From contig OZ316891.1 in NCBI GenBank assembly GCA_973895155.1, positions 3,299,801 through 3,363,800 of the forward strand: a stretch of DNA of 64,000 nucleotides, in the 5' to 3' direction. The DNA is from Marsupella aquatica. Taxonomy: Eukaryota; Plantae; Marchantiophyta. Below are positions 1-12,600 of the stretch, piece after piece. Position numbers and translations under genes: made by a program. Each line of letters begins with the position of its first letter. Position 1 is the first letter of the stretch. The notes beneath the pieces are model-generated. The model did not search any database. It saw only the letters and a list, made by a program, of their open reading frames with translations, and was not told the origin of the DNA.

Positions 1-418
1 TGCGCATACTTCTTAATTGGACCGGTAAGTTGTGTTCTTGCCCATAGATGGTGCGGGTATGAAGTATTCCAAAAACAATTGCACCAAACATCTATTCTTG
101 TTGCCACCTTTGTCTGGACTGTGGATTTGTTCTTAGTTGTGAAAAATTCCACTATTTGTCTATTGGTTAGAAACACAAACCATCTCAATTTGCATGAAAG
201 TTGACATTGTCATCTAAGTCTCCAGATGGAGAAAAAGAACTGGGAATAGTAGGAGTAATTTATCCCTTGCACTGAGTAATGTGTACTAACTCCTTACTAG
301 GGCACTAAGGGCAATAATAGCACCTAAAAACTTGGGTTTTATGCTGTTGTTTTGGGGGGCACTACAACCCAGAAATCCAAACATAGAGTTTTTTAAATGA
401 CAAGAGATAGATTTTTTG

Positions 419-999
419 AAGCTGCTATATGGTGAATGCAACTTTCAGTATTTTGTCTTATTTAAACTTCTTTTGTTTGAATGTGTCTTACCAAGGTGCA
501 TCCCTTGTACAGTTTAGATTTCCAATTTATTCTGGCACCCCTCTAATTTTTTAAAATCTTGACTATATTTTAAGATCATCCACCCTGTAACAAAGCTCGT
601 TGAATTTCTAGCCCTTGTTCTCATGAGTACAGAAGAAATGATCTAAATAATGTGCACACCTTATGTCTTTAAGTAATACTCATGGTTTTGTGTCCTAAAT
701 TTATGGTTTCAATTATTTTGAGTGTCATTACCTAAAGTAAGTACATAAGTATCTCTACTCATGTACATTATGTGCACATCCCAATACCATAAACTTAAAC
801 TTTCATATTCATTATTATTTTTCTGTACATGTGTACTTTTAATTTTGTATCTTATATGCACAAGTTTCAATATCATAGACTGTACTTCTCCCTAGTCACT
901 TCTCCCTAGTCAATGTCCTGTTCATATTTTAATTAGAACACCTGTATATCACTAAAAACAAGAAAATGAAGCATGTTCCAGGATGAGCATGCTATATGG
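419..999. mobile_element. ~580-bp AT-rich non-autonomous repeat element, copy 1
   Basis: Alignable along its length with 24671-25266. Starts GAAGCTGCTATATGGTGAAT and ends with hairpin GCATGTTC-CAGGAT-GAGCATGC. TGCTATATGG is directly repeated at 423-432 and 990-999. Confidence 0.65.
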
Positions 1000-1794
1000 G
1001 GCATGCAAAATGCATTTGGCAAAAGAGGTTGTAGCATAGATTATGCCTGACAGATTGTCCCTTGAGGCCTTCTCCACTATGGGTACATGGTGGTCTTACA
1101 AAGATCCCAAATCACACTATCTATTGCGATTGATAGCTACTCTTCCAGGCAGTCTAGAGTGAAGCCACTAGACTCTGACTCTTAGGCATGACTGAAAATA
1201 TGGGTAACTGAAATGAGGATTGGGGTAGGATCACTCCAATCATAAAAATCCCACACCTCTTGAATGTCCTGACCTCTTATATTAGGCTGCCACTAGCCAT
1301 GACAAAACCTGGATCCACTGGTTTTACCATTAGAGGTGTCCTTTTCCTGCAGAGCAAAGGGCATCGCCACTAGCCATGAGAAAACCTGCATCGGTAGTCC
1401 TTACCATTAGCAGCATCCTTGTCCTGAAATTGCAGAGCAAAGGGGCATTGCAGAGGAGAGGAATCTGAAAAAGGGAGAAGTGTATTGAGGGTATGGCTAG
1501 TGAGGGTTTAAAAGAACAGGCACTGAGGCTGGGTGATTAACATAATAATCTCTCCTGGTGCCGGCTTCTCTAGTCTCATGGGCTGCTCGACCTTTGGTCC
1601 CCCTGTGCCCACCCCTTTTGTGGGCCACCCCTCTTATATGCTTGTTTTTTGAATGAATTTCAAATGGTTTTTTCAAGGCAAAAAACAAAAAATAATAATG
1701 ATGATACTCTCAACCGGTTGAAGTCCTGGAGTAATGAGACACAAGCTGCGGACCTCACCCTGCCACAGCGTCCCACGCCGATCTGTTTCTACTG

Positions 1795-2032
1795 GTCCCA
1801 ATCCAGCCTCGATACTGAATTTGCCACATCTCTCTCTTTTCTCTCTCTCTCTCTGTCTCTGATTGTACCCAATCCAGCCTCAAGCTCTCTCTGTGGACCT
1901 ACCCAGTCCAGCCTCAAACTCTCTGGACCTGAGAGTGTACCCAATCCAGCCTCGAAAGCGAATTCGCCTTTCTCTACCGTTCTATCATTCCATACTGGAG
2001 CTGAGAGGACCGTAACCAATTCAGCCTCCAAA
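1795..2032 (+). promoter_or_regulatory. Five copies of a CCAATCCAGCCTC-like motif plus a CT-rich tract upstream of the gene at 2176
   Basis: Motif copies near 1798, 1869, 1902, 1940 and 2016; (CT)n tract at about 1829-1860. A regulatory role is inferred from position only. Confidence 0.35.
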
Positions 2033-2175
2033 GCGAGCTCGACTGTGCTTGCATGCAGGTGGGTTGCTGGGCTCTCCTGCAGTCACTAAGTTGACGAGAC
2101 GCTGGGGAATTTCGGAAGAGACATCTCCCAAAGGTAGAGAATTTTAGGAACTGGTGTGGATTGAGGTTTTGAGCT

Positions 2176-4311
2176 ATGGCGATGCAGGTGCACTGCTGCT
2201 CTGCTGTTGCCGCATTGGGGGCTGGTGATCTGCCAGCTCAATCGGCAGCAGGGAGGAGCTCTACAGCCTCGTCGTCTTCTTCTTGTTCTTCCGTTTCCTC
2301 CTCCGGCTCATACCTGGCGGTCTCAAAGTCTTGGCGGAAATTGGGTATGAGCAGAGAGTGCGCGATCGAGGAGGCGAGGACAGGAGTTGGTAAGAGAGGA
2401 GGAGGAGCTGTGGTGGTCAGGGCAGGCTCTCGCGGACCCTCTGGTGTGTGGGTCCTTCCTCCGTTCATTTTGTTGTGATAGTTTCGTCTAGCGAGAGTGG
2501 TTGTTCGAGGAATTCCCTACTCGTAGTCCAGGAATATCTAGGAGCATTTTAATGAGGTCGATCTCGGAAACAATGTTTGTTTCGATTTAAGGAGTAACGT
2601 AAGCTGCAATCAATGCTTTCCAGTTTGGAATGGTTTCAGTGTTTCAAAATTTTTCCATCGGCTTAGTCCAACAAATTAGGACTAGAATTCGTCGGTTCTT
2701 CTCAGAATCCGTCAGTGCAAGTCTTCTATTAAAATGAGAACGTAAGTGAAGCAAATTCGGTTAGTCTCTGTCTCTGTAATTTTCGAGTTTCTTCTTGCCA
2801 CTGGTCTACTGTTGGTTTGTACCTCATTTCGGTCCATAACTGTTGAATGAAACTAGAACAAACGACAGTTCAATTTCGTATCTAACCGGTTCAGCTCAGG
2901 TGTCCTGTTTTGAAGGTGCTTCAGGTCAAGGTCAAATGAATTCAAATGATGTCGGATTGAGTAGAATCTATCCGACCTAATCTTCCTCATTTTTTAGTTT
3001 CTGAAAGGCTGTGGTCGCAATCGCATTTACCATTAGCTGCACTGTTTGGTGTCTGATTCCATCCTGACTTTTGGTCTCTCCACTGTCCTGAAACTCACTA
3101 CTTCGTTTCATTGATATTTATGGCGCATTCTATTTCGAGAGATGACGAGGTTCACGGCGAGTAAAATCGGACCTCTGCTTGAAAGCTCCTAGTCTCAAAG
3201 GGGTTCTGAGGCTACAGTGAATGTGGAAGGCAGAAACTAGGCGAAAAGTATGGAATTCACTAATGCAGCAGTTATCTGACTGTATCGCGGATCACATTTG
3301 GGGAATAATTATGTGAATATTGATTTGTTTGAACATCTTCAGTTCCTTTGACAATATAGAGATTGGTTCACAGGGATTTTTAGGCGTTGTGAGCATTGAA
3401 GGCAGGTTTTGAAGAGGTTTCTTCTCCCTTGACAGTCTTTTACTCACAAAAATGGTTGCTTTGCCAAGTCACATGCGAGAGCCCCTTACTTCTCTTGAGG
3501 TGGTTTTTAGGAGATACGTAATTTTCAATCCCATAAAGTAGCTACTAAGTCAGCTGAGATAGGAAGACCAAGTCTAAACACCGCTCTTCTACTAGGGTTT
3601 ATAAAGCAAGTAGGGAACACTCAGGGTATCGCAATATCGCATTTTGTAAAGTAAAGTTTAGTTTGCAAAACTTAGTTTTGTCTTTGTCTGTTGAGCTGAT
3701 TACTGACGTTATCTATTAAATTGAAATCAGGTAAGGATGAAAGTAAGGCAGTTTATGATGCCTTCTTTCTGGGCAAAGCTCTAGCAGAGGCCGTTAGCGA
3801 GCGTGTGGGAAGTGCAATTGGGGAGTTTCTCAGTGATGTTGGGCGGCGACAATCTGAACAACAGAAGCAGATTCGTGAATTTCAGGTGCGCTCCGTACCG
3901 ATGCCCAGCGTTAAAGCTGGAATCTATACTAGACTTCGCTGTAGGATATCCATAGTAGGGGAGACTTGCGCGTAAGGGGTAATGCCCAGCCGTAAATCGG
4001 CTGTCATTCTGGAGATGGGCATGTCTTGCTGTCTGATATGCGTCATTGAGGAGTCTTCCATATAGGAAGCCACAACGATGATGAGCTTTGGACTTGGGTG
4101 ATTTGCAATTGAACAAAATTGTGTAATTTGGCTGCAGGATGAGGTTCAAGAAAGAGCGGCAGCAGCTGCCATTAAAGCTGCCCAGAAGGCACTGGCGACA
4201 GAGAAAACAGACACACCTACATCCCCTCCCCCATCTCCTTCCCCTGCACAACCCCCTCCTTCAACCTCAGGACTCTCCAATCCAGACGATGCTCCCACCA
4301 GTGTTTCATAG
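2176..4311 (+). CDS. Plastid-targeted uncharacterised protein, At4g13200-like; exons 2176-2443, 3731-3885, 4138-4311
   Basis: Ser/Ala-rich transit-peptide-like N-terminus. Conserved DAFFLGKALAEAVSERVGSAIGEFLSDVGRRQSEQQKQIREFQ|DEVQERA segment. GT-AG introns with matching phases. Confidence 0.8.
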
Positions 4312-4799
4312 TAGATTAGCCAGTGTGCAGTAGAGAAGGCCTCATTTACAACTGGTTTCACGAGCTCCTACGAATTCAGAAGGCTATTTTTGTTCTCATA
4401 TTTCTTTGTTTGCCACCACTAATTAAACGACCCGAGATTTTCGAGGTGCAGTTAAAGTAGGGTCTCGTTCGTTATTTTGTACTGTAAAGATAGTTGAACC
4501 TCTGACATCCCCGTGATTTCTAATCAAGGTATTCAAGACAATCGAAAATGTCTTCAGCGTTCGAGATGTTTTCACCTTTCACAACCGCTCCAATTTTCCA
4601 TGGTTATGACTGATATTAACCTCTGTTGCTGTTGCATTACAATTTTGTATGCGTCAAATAGATCACTCTACTAGGTTTTGACTGACGCTATCCAGGAAGT
4701 AAACCAACATTGTTGGAGACTTATTTTAGATGTGTTCTAGAGAGTACAGCAATTTCCTTGGAAAATTAGCGAAGGCATTGTGGCTTAATGAATGAAGCG

Positions 4800-7450
4800 G
4801 TCACTTGGCGTAGTGGGTGTTACGTTTGTGGATTGGGAGCGACCATTCTCGTGCAAGTCTGTACTTCAAGTAGGAAGATTCTATGGAAAACGGTTTTACA
4901 ACCAGACAATGTCTGACCTACCAACAAATTGTACCGAAACACTGATGTAGACTTCATGCACGTAAGATGTGTGCATCCTTCAAAAGATGGCAGGTGACTG
5001 TATTTAGCAACTAAGTCATTTTAAACTATAAGCCAAGAGCCACATTTCATGACCTGATATTTAAAAAACTGACAGGATTTCCAAGGTTGACTTTGGCCAG
5101 GGCTTGGGATAACCCGTATTCGCATTAATCAGAGCTTGACTTCTGTCACTTGGGTGTTTAAACTCCTCGCTTTGTAATTGGACCTTTCTAGAAAGACACA
5201 GGATCTTCGCGAGCTGTGCTCTGACTGATGGCTCGCTGCTAGCACGATTCAACCCCTGTTGTTGCTCTGGATCGTAGTAGTCGCCGTACATGTGGGGAAT
5301 TGATAGCTTAGCCTGTGGTAGACTAAGTTTCAGTTTTCCTTCTGAACTCTAAACTGAAGAGTGAAGGCAAAAGGTCATGACATCTACGGTGTAGCTTCGA
5401 GGCATTCGTTCTTGGTGTCCGAGACAGGCACAGTGTTTCTGGTAAACTTGGCTTCAAAATGCTGCTGAGTAGGAGCACGGATTCAGTCCCCATCGCTCCA
5501 GCCTGGGTCTCAGATGGGTGAACCAGTGATTGTCATAGCTGATAGGTTTGTGTTGAGTAATTGAAATAGTTCTTTCCTAACAACCTTACAACTCAAGACC
5601 CTAAACTGAAGGCAAGAGAGAAGTAGGGCGACTGAGATCATTGAACATGGCTTGACTTTTAGGCAGGTTCCCAAAATTGTCTCAGGAATTGCAAATGGAC
5701 GTAGCATAAATCAGCACTGTGTCAGATAGTCGTCCTAACATGGAATCCTCGAACTTCTGTCTCAGTTCTAATTGCCCTGAATACGAACTTCATGAAAATT
5801 GCTCTTTCTTGTTGTGATAAAATGTGAAGGTGGTTAGAATATATCGAACGATAGTGTGGAAGGGAAACTTACGTTGTGGTGGAAACTCTGGAATTGAAGA
5901 ACCCCATCCAATCCACTTCGACTGGTACATTTGCTTGTCAATATGCTGCCTTTGATCAGAAATAAAGTGCAAGAGTACAGAGGGCTGCGTACCTGAACGT
6001 GAAGATCGTTGAATGATTCTCGTGTGGTCCAATTGAAGCACACAAATGCCCTGCATAACAAATGAATCAGCTCAGAACTTGTAGGGCCACAATGCTCTTC
6101 CACTTTACGAGGGTAAGATCGCAAAAGTTGTCTTGCGTTGGTAAATGAGGCACACAGCAGTCAGACATAGGGATAAAATTGCAAGTTCTTGTATGCAGAA
6201 GTTTTTCTGACAACTGTGTCTCAGCCCCGGCCTGCATCTCTCCAGTTTATTCCTGGTGGATAGCTTGGTGTACTAGAAGGGCGGATGCTTAATCCCGTGC
6301 TTTCCTGTCAGCGCGAATTTGTTGGGAACTAGGACCAAAATATTGTCACCCAAAACAAGGAAGGTAGAACCTAAACCAAGCTGAAAAAAAATAATCCACT
6401 GCAACCACGTTAAGATAACTTTCAAAGTGCTACCTTCAAGTTGGCGATGGGTGACGCCATCTAGCTCTGCTGGGTCCAGATCAAACTAAACCTGTTAGCC
6501 GTTCTTTCTTGGGTTTCCTCACGCCATGCTGGTGCCGGCCTAGATAGATCCACCTGCCTTGCAAAAACAAATGGGCCTTTGCACTTAAAATCAGCATAGT
6601 GGGATACGATTTATTATCCATCTTCAAGCGGACCACTGTGTCGCCATCTTGCAAGTGTTGTTCTACGCCTGGGAGGTAGATTTCAACAGCTCCTCGCCCA
6701 GGCACCACCGTATGACGGCAAATTACATCCCCTGTCCTTGGCCTGAAGAGCTTGTCCTCACGTCCTGGCTGCCTTGCTTTCTTCCCCTCCTCAGGTATGC
6801 AAGTGGGATCATCTCGTAATGCTTTCATCTGCAACACAAAGATTTATAAAAGAATATCATTTTTTAATTTTTCAAATAACCTGATCATCTAGGTGAGAGC
6901 TTTCAAAGTTAAGTCTGGAAAGCAAACAGTGTTCAAAATCTCCAAAATAATTGACTGATCCCAATCCTTTGAACTTATACTTGCAACTACATACAACAAT
7001 ATTGTCTCAGTGAGTTTGTGGATGCAAGGGCTGAACTCACCATCCTCAACCCACATCTGGGCCTTCTTGCTAAGGCTCTCCCTCGAGGTCTTATCCTTTC
7101 CCTTGAAGCAAACGAGCTTGTGTGCAAGAGAGGGCGGCCCGAGGGAACAGGTGTTGACCAAGATCTTGATGAAAGTGAGCTCGAAGGCTGCGATCTAATC
7201 TCTTCATCATCACTCGATGAATATTGTGGAGGACCACTGCTTGTATTCCCACCACCAGAGAATCCACCTGCCACGGGAGGAACATATTCCATTTACTCCA
7301 GGATAGTTTTTGGACCACCGACATGGATTCACATCTTGCAGGTAACCTCTGCTAAAAGATTCATAATTAAATTCCAAATCGCAGAGGCATCCTAAGGCAA
7401 ATTCTGTGAAAGTATGAACTTGGGCAAGTCGGGGTAGTACCACTAAAATT
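4800..7450 (-). pseudogene. Endogenous viral element copy 2: decayed Mononegavirales-like L protein (N-terminal region through RdRp motifs to start of CR IV)
   Basis: Hand translation gives pre-motif A-like ALTGKHGIKHPPF*YTKLSTRNK (~6314) and motif A-like ICVLQLDHTR (~6050-6020). Motif B-like SGQLELRQKF (5780), motif C-like S*DN (5687, TGA in place of GGA) and motif D-like GLEL (5600) share one frame. LRPRLERWG (~5500) and LSIPHMYGDYYDPE..LNRASSEP (5306) follow. Order and spacing match mononegaviral L; boundaries approximate. Confidence 0.75.
6481..7292 (-). CDS. ORF A' (spliced paralog of 12505-13227), unknown function, overlapping EVE copy 2; exons 7292-7041 and 6828-6481
   Basis: Donor GTGAGT at 7040 and acceptor TTGTGTTGCAG ending 6829 join RRPRCGLRM to MKALRDD, colinear with RRPRCGFQLLRSLKND of ORF A. 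Shared QPGR.D.LF.P..GD, PG...VE, GD...R.K.DN.S and G.W.YLG motifs. Confidence 0.7.
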
Positions 7451-7927
7451 AGCATCTCGGTTATTGACGTAATACTCCGGAAGTGAAGCATTGCTGAATT
7501 CAGGCCGGGCATCATAATACTCTGGCCGTGGAGCAATGCTAAATTCAGGCTGGTTAGTCTCAGTTGGTGCTGAAATTGGAGTGTAAATCACAACGAGGCT
7601 CCGAGAATGATGATGCATAGGGCTAGTAGAGTGAGAATCATGTCTATCAGCCCGAGGAGGAGTATCTGGCCTGCTGGGAAGGACCGTCGCAGCTTCAGGG
7701 TACCTGTTTATCATTTTCCTTCTTTTCAATACTTATTATCCCGTGAGTCTACGCATCAATGGTGATAACCCTGAAAGCAGACTTTCAATTATGTTTCCTA
7801 AGGACGAGCTTTATATCTTAGGCCCATAGTTTCGCTATCCTTCTAATCTCAAGTTGTTCACACACATTGCGTATAATCCTAGTCGATAAATGAAGAGACT
7901 ACTTCCAAAATAAACAGAGACAATATA

Positions 7928-9440
7928 TTAATATAAGCAAGGACTCTTTCTATAATGCAGGAGGCACACACTTCTAGAAGATCCAAAAGGGTTATGTGTT
8001 TTGTACTCTGCGTTATCATCGCTGGGCTGAGATGAAATATTTGGAGCTGGCAACTGAATCTCCACACGAATTTGCAGTGAATTCTGTTGTTTTGTTAAGG
8101 ACTCATCATAAGAAGGATCCGTTCCATGTATGCCAGCTGTTGCTCTTTGAATTGTGTCGTCGTTGCCTTCGTTTTCCAGAATTGTCTCCAAGTTGTATAC
8201 AGAATCAGTTGCAGCTTCATTGTTCTCTACATCGAGGAATCTACAAGACCTCTCCTGGGCATTCTCCTCTGATCCCCCACCTTCATAACGACTCTGGGCA
8301 ATTTTAGCCTCATTGTTCTCTACGTCGTGAAATCTACAAGACCTCTCGTGGGCATTCTCTTCTTCTGATCCCCCACATTCATAATGACTCTGAGCAGTCT
8401 CAGCCTCAGTGTTCTCTACATCGCGGAATCTTCGAGAGCTCTCGTGGGCATTCTCTTCTGATACCCCTCCTTCATAATGACTCTGCGCAGTTGCAGCCTC
8501 ATTGTTCTCTACATCGTGGAATCTACAAGAACTCTCGTGGGCATTCTCCTCTTCTAATCCCCCACATTCATTATGACTCTGATCTCCTTCTACAACATTG
8601 CCGCCAGTATGATGGCCGGATTCATTCATATTTGCAAACTCATTGAATAGGTCTGGGAGGGGTTGCAGTGACGGAGCAAGGATATCAAGCACTCTCTTTC
8701 GCCAGTAGATTGTCTCTTGGGTTTGTACCAGATGCCTTTGGTCTTCGCCTTGCGCATCTCTTGAGCATCCTATGGACTCTCCTGAAAGTTTCAGGTTATG
8801 AAAGGCAATGAGTAGATGTACTTAGCCGGATAGTTAGTGCACAATACAAACTTTTAGTAATGCTTGTCACGACAACAAATGGCTTTCAATTGTAAATTCA
8901 ACTTCCTAGGGACAGTACATCCCTGTCAATCTAGAACTGCTAGAAACCAAGTTTGTAGGCTGGTTCCTAATATGCATCAAAGACTTAGTGATTCCAAGGT
9001 CCCACCTACCGTAGGCCAAAGCAAGAAATTGTTAGGTGCTTCTGACCTTGAGCTGCACCCGGGGTTGCACCTTCTAGATCTCCTCCTGTTGTTGTATGGA
9101 CTGACTCCAAATTTACACGGTCTCCTGTGGCTTCGTTGGAAGTTTGAACACCACCACAACACCTGCAGCGTTTGGAGCGCACAGTGTGTTCCTCCCGTGC
9201 ATAGCCGAATTCGGTGAGAAGCCGGATTGCTTTCTTGGCAGAAGCTGTGCAAAAGTCACATACTGAGCTATATTGCTCGGAGGCTGTACTACTGCTTTCA
9301 GGCCTCTCTTGAGCTTTACTTGCCTCTGGCTTTTGTATGTCCTCCTTTATGCTTGGTAATTGTGAATCTTTCACCGGGAGCTTGGGAATGTCATGTGCTT
9401 TATGATCTCCCTCCTTTACAGTACTCCAATCTGCTTGGTC
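7928..9440 (-). CDS. Putative multi-exon low-complexity acidic protein with a Cys cluster and 31-32 aa tandem repeats
   Basis: ORF 9006-9374 (CDFC...RCRCC) and ORF 7928-8692 can be linked via donor ~9007 and acceptor ~8782. Full structure uncertain; no family recognised. Confidence 0.4.
8205..8582 (-). repeat. Four 93-96 bp coding tandem repeats (E(C)GGxEEENAHExSxRFxDVENxEAxxAQSHY)
   Basis: Directly visible in DNA and in ORF 7928-8692; length differences are multiples of 3. Confidence 0.9.
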
Positions 9441-9619
9441 TGCAAATCAATGACCATCATTAAATTATCCAAGCTTACATAATAAAAATATTCAACACAA
9501 ATGCTCCCAAAAATATACAATATTTATGATCAACTCTGATCAAAACGATCTGCACAAATTGGAAGCTTTATGTATGTGTCACTTCCTCTCATCAAGCAAG
9601 TAGAAACATCATGGTTGGA

Positions 9620-12600
9620 CTGTGCACATTTTGTTCATTGCAGTTGGTAGGAATAATGCCATGTGTACATCTAAATGTATATGCCGTTGCCTTGTGAGTG
9701 ATTCCCATTCCAAGCCTTCCCCCTAGTCCATGCCAATTCCAATTTGTGCCTCTAAATCACTCCCCATGTTGTCCCCTTACCCCTTAAAATAAGAGAAATA
9801 TTAGTATCAACATTTTGATGGACCAAAATTTAATTATTTACATTATTATACGTACACAGCCACCCTCAAAGTGTCAAGATTTGGTTAATGCTCGAGTGAG
9901 GGATCCCTGGAACGTCCATAGTGGTCACTGAAAAGACTATTCTGTTTGAAGACATCATTCATTCTTGGCTACATGTTGAGACTTGATCAGGAGCTAATTT
10001 GATACAAGGAAGTACGGTCTAAATTAGTTTGTTAACAATGCTATGTTCTGCGAATATAACCAAGAATTGCAATCAATGAACTCATTGTTACTGTTCCTAA
10101 ACACTAAGAGAACTAGTCAGTGACACGGAGAGTGGAGCCGAGAGTACACCAGTTGAGGAGCGTGGCAATTTGCATTAGTGACCAATCAAAGTGACCTTGC
10201 TCTTGGCATCACAATTGGTATGGTGTTATTGGGCTCAATGCTACAACGAATGTGTATTTTAGCTTTCATACCAGGCCCAGCCAATTTCAATTTGGTCAAG
10301 GATGATGGTAAACCTAGACTGGTTATTTGGCCATCCAGGTTGTTTGCAGGAAAATCTGTTTTGACAGCAAGAAATCTGTTGAATTGATCACCATTCCTGG
10401 TTGGATTACTATAGCTCTCTTGCACTACAATCATGACTACCATTACCTAAATTGCCATGCAAAGAAACCTGAAAATTTCCATTCAAGCTGCTGTAGCAGC
10501 TTACCATTGTCATCTTCCTGGTGTTGCAACTGTGGACCCTCTGGGGATGTACCCTCCATAGCCAGCCCCACTACAATTGCCACAGCTAAGATGTTCACAA
10601 AACCCAAGAATAGTCTGCACTTATGTGGCATTTCTCTGTTATTGGTGAAACCCACAACCCTCTCAGGTAGTTCCTGGAAGTGGACCGAATTCTCACCAAA
10701 ATACTGGCTTGACACAATCCCACCGGCCATTGCCCTTCTACAGTATGTCAAGAACCGGCAAATATTGTGTATCCAACTGTTCCGATCCGCCATGATTTTG
10801 AGGCAGGTTTGTTTTACTTGTGTATGATGCTGTAGTTGCACTTAAGGACAACAGGTCCCACAGTAGGTTTTTCCTGAGGGGACTGCATTTTGTAAACTTC
10901 AAATTAATTGAGGATCTCCTCACATGGTGGTAGGGTCAAGATAGAGTTGCCAAGATTTTGTTCTCCTGAGGAGGAAGAAGATGCAGAGGAATGGAAGTCT
11001 GGAGTTGGGATACTGTTGCCGGTTGCAATCGTGACAAGGGTTTTGTAAATGCTGATGATGGAATGAATGAAGCTAATGATGGATAGTAGAATCATCTTGA
11101 CAAGCTAGATCAAGATGTGGACCGCTCCAAAGTGAAGGCAAATTGTCGTACTACCCAGATATACTGCAAGGTACAATGAAGTGCATGAAGATATGCAATT
11201 GAAAAAGGTTCATGAATGCCAAAGGTTTCCAGTAGGTGTTGGCTTAGAATTGCTCCTTGGTACATTGTCATACTAAAGTAATGAGATACTTATAAACTTT
11301 GGACTAGGCTTGCATGGTGGTAGGGTAGTCAACCAAGACGCTCATTGCGGAGGCTAATCTGGACTAAAATGAAAAAGCTTACAGTACAAAAAGGCCAACG
11401 TTCCTGAAGGGACCAGTTATCAAAGCCATGAACAGATCTTAGACCCAAAAAAGTATATACTTAGTCATATTCTACTGAAGTATCAATCTGACTAAATGAG
11501 CAATTTTTGTGAGATTGACCTATCAATTTGGACCGTTTGTCTAGTGTTTCAGTTGCTAGCTACTATATGATCTGCAATGGTGTAGCCAATGTCAAATTTC
11601 CATTTTCACTAGTTTATATCTACCCAATTTGCCCAATCTTGTATTCTATTATTGTATGCCCCTTTTTGAAGAAAAACCTGTCTTTGTCTTGCATGGATAG
11701 TCCTCTTTACCAAAGCTGACGATACCATATATATTCAACCAAGCAGATTGAGACCACTATCTTGGCTTGCAACAAAGCAATATTCAGAATTATAGCAAAG
11801 GGAAACTTATGTGGCTTAGTCTACAAAAGAAAACATCTAAGTATTAAGTAAACAAGAAATAAAATTAATTACTTATGTTGCTATGGACAGAGCTCCAGAC
11901 CAAGTCTGCATGATCTATCATGATTTTGCATGATACATTTTTGAATTCCCATTGGCAATGTGGTAAACATTGTGAAATCCACAAAAGCGTGTCTACAAGG
12001 AAAGTTAGACTGAAAATTACATCCTAAGCTAGCTGGTACAAGTTGTGACAGAACTGCCCTAGTATGCCATAAGCCTAACTAGATCCAAAATCCAATAGCA
12101 TGATACTGGCATGGAATACTTTGATGAGGCTGAGGGGAGTTATCTTTGGGAGGTTAGTTGCAATATAGTAGGTTCAACTGGAATCCTTGATCCTACCTTG
12201 TGAACAGCTTGGAATTGGATTATTTTTGTGTAATGTTGATCAACTGCTCATACTGAGATTTCTTCCAACTTATATTACTTGAGTTGAGCCATGAACTCCT
12301 ACAGCTTCTAGGTTGGTGCTCTGTGCTTCTCTTAGCTCGGCTTGGGTAATTAAACTACACTAGCCAGCTGGCCAGACTGTGTTCTGAGTTTTTCCAAATT
12401 ACACCCAATTTTCAGGATGATACTTCAAACGGGACTTCAAGCCTGGTGAGATGACTGAGATTCTCTTAGACTTGAATTTATTGTTCTAGCTGCAGGCAAG
12501 TTGGTTAGGCCAACTCCATTTGGTTTGCATATTTTCCCAAGTACACCCAATTTCCGTGATGGTACAAGTACCCACGAGTAGTTACAAAGCTATGTTGCAC

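Noticed and set aside
7293-7771. In-frame fusion of the upstream orphan gene to ORF A'
   Set aside because: A TAA lies immediately before the ATG at 7292 in the same frame.
10186-11095. Signal-peptide-like ORF 10904-11095 and Cys-rich fragments read as a viral glycoprotein
   Set aside because: Better explained as frames of the decayed L gene; CR IV and capping-like motifs fall in this interval.
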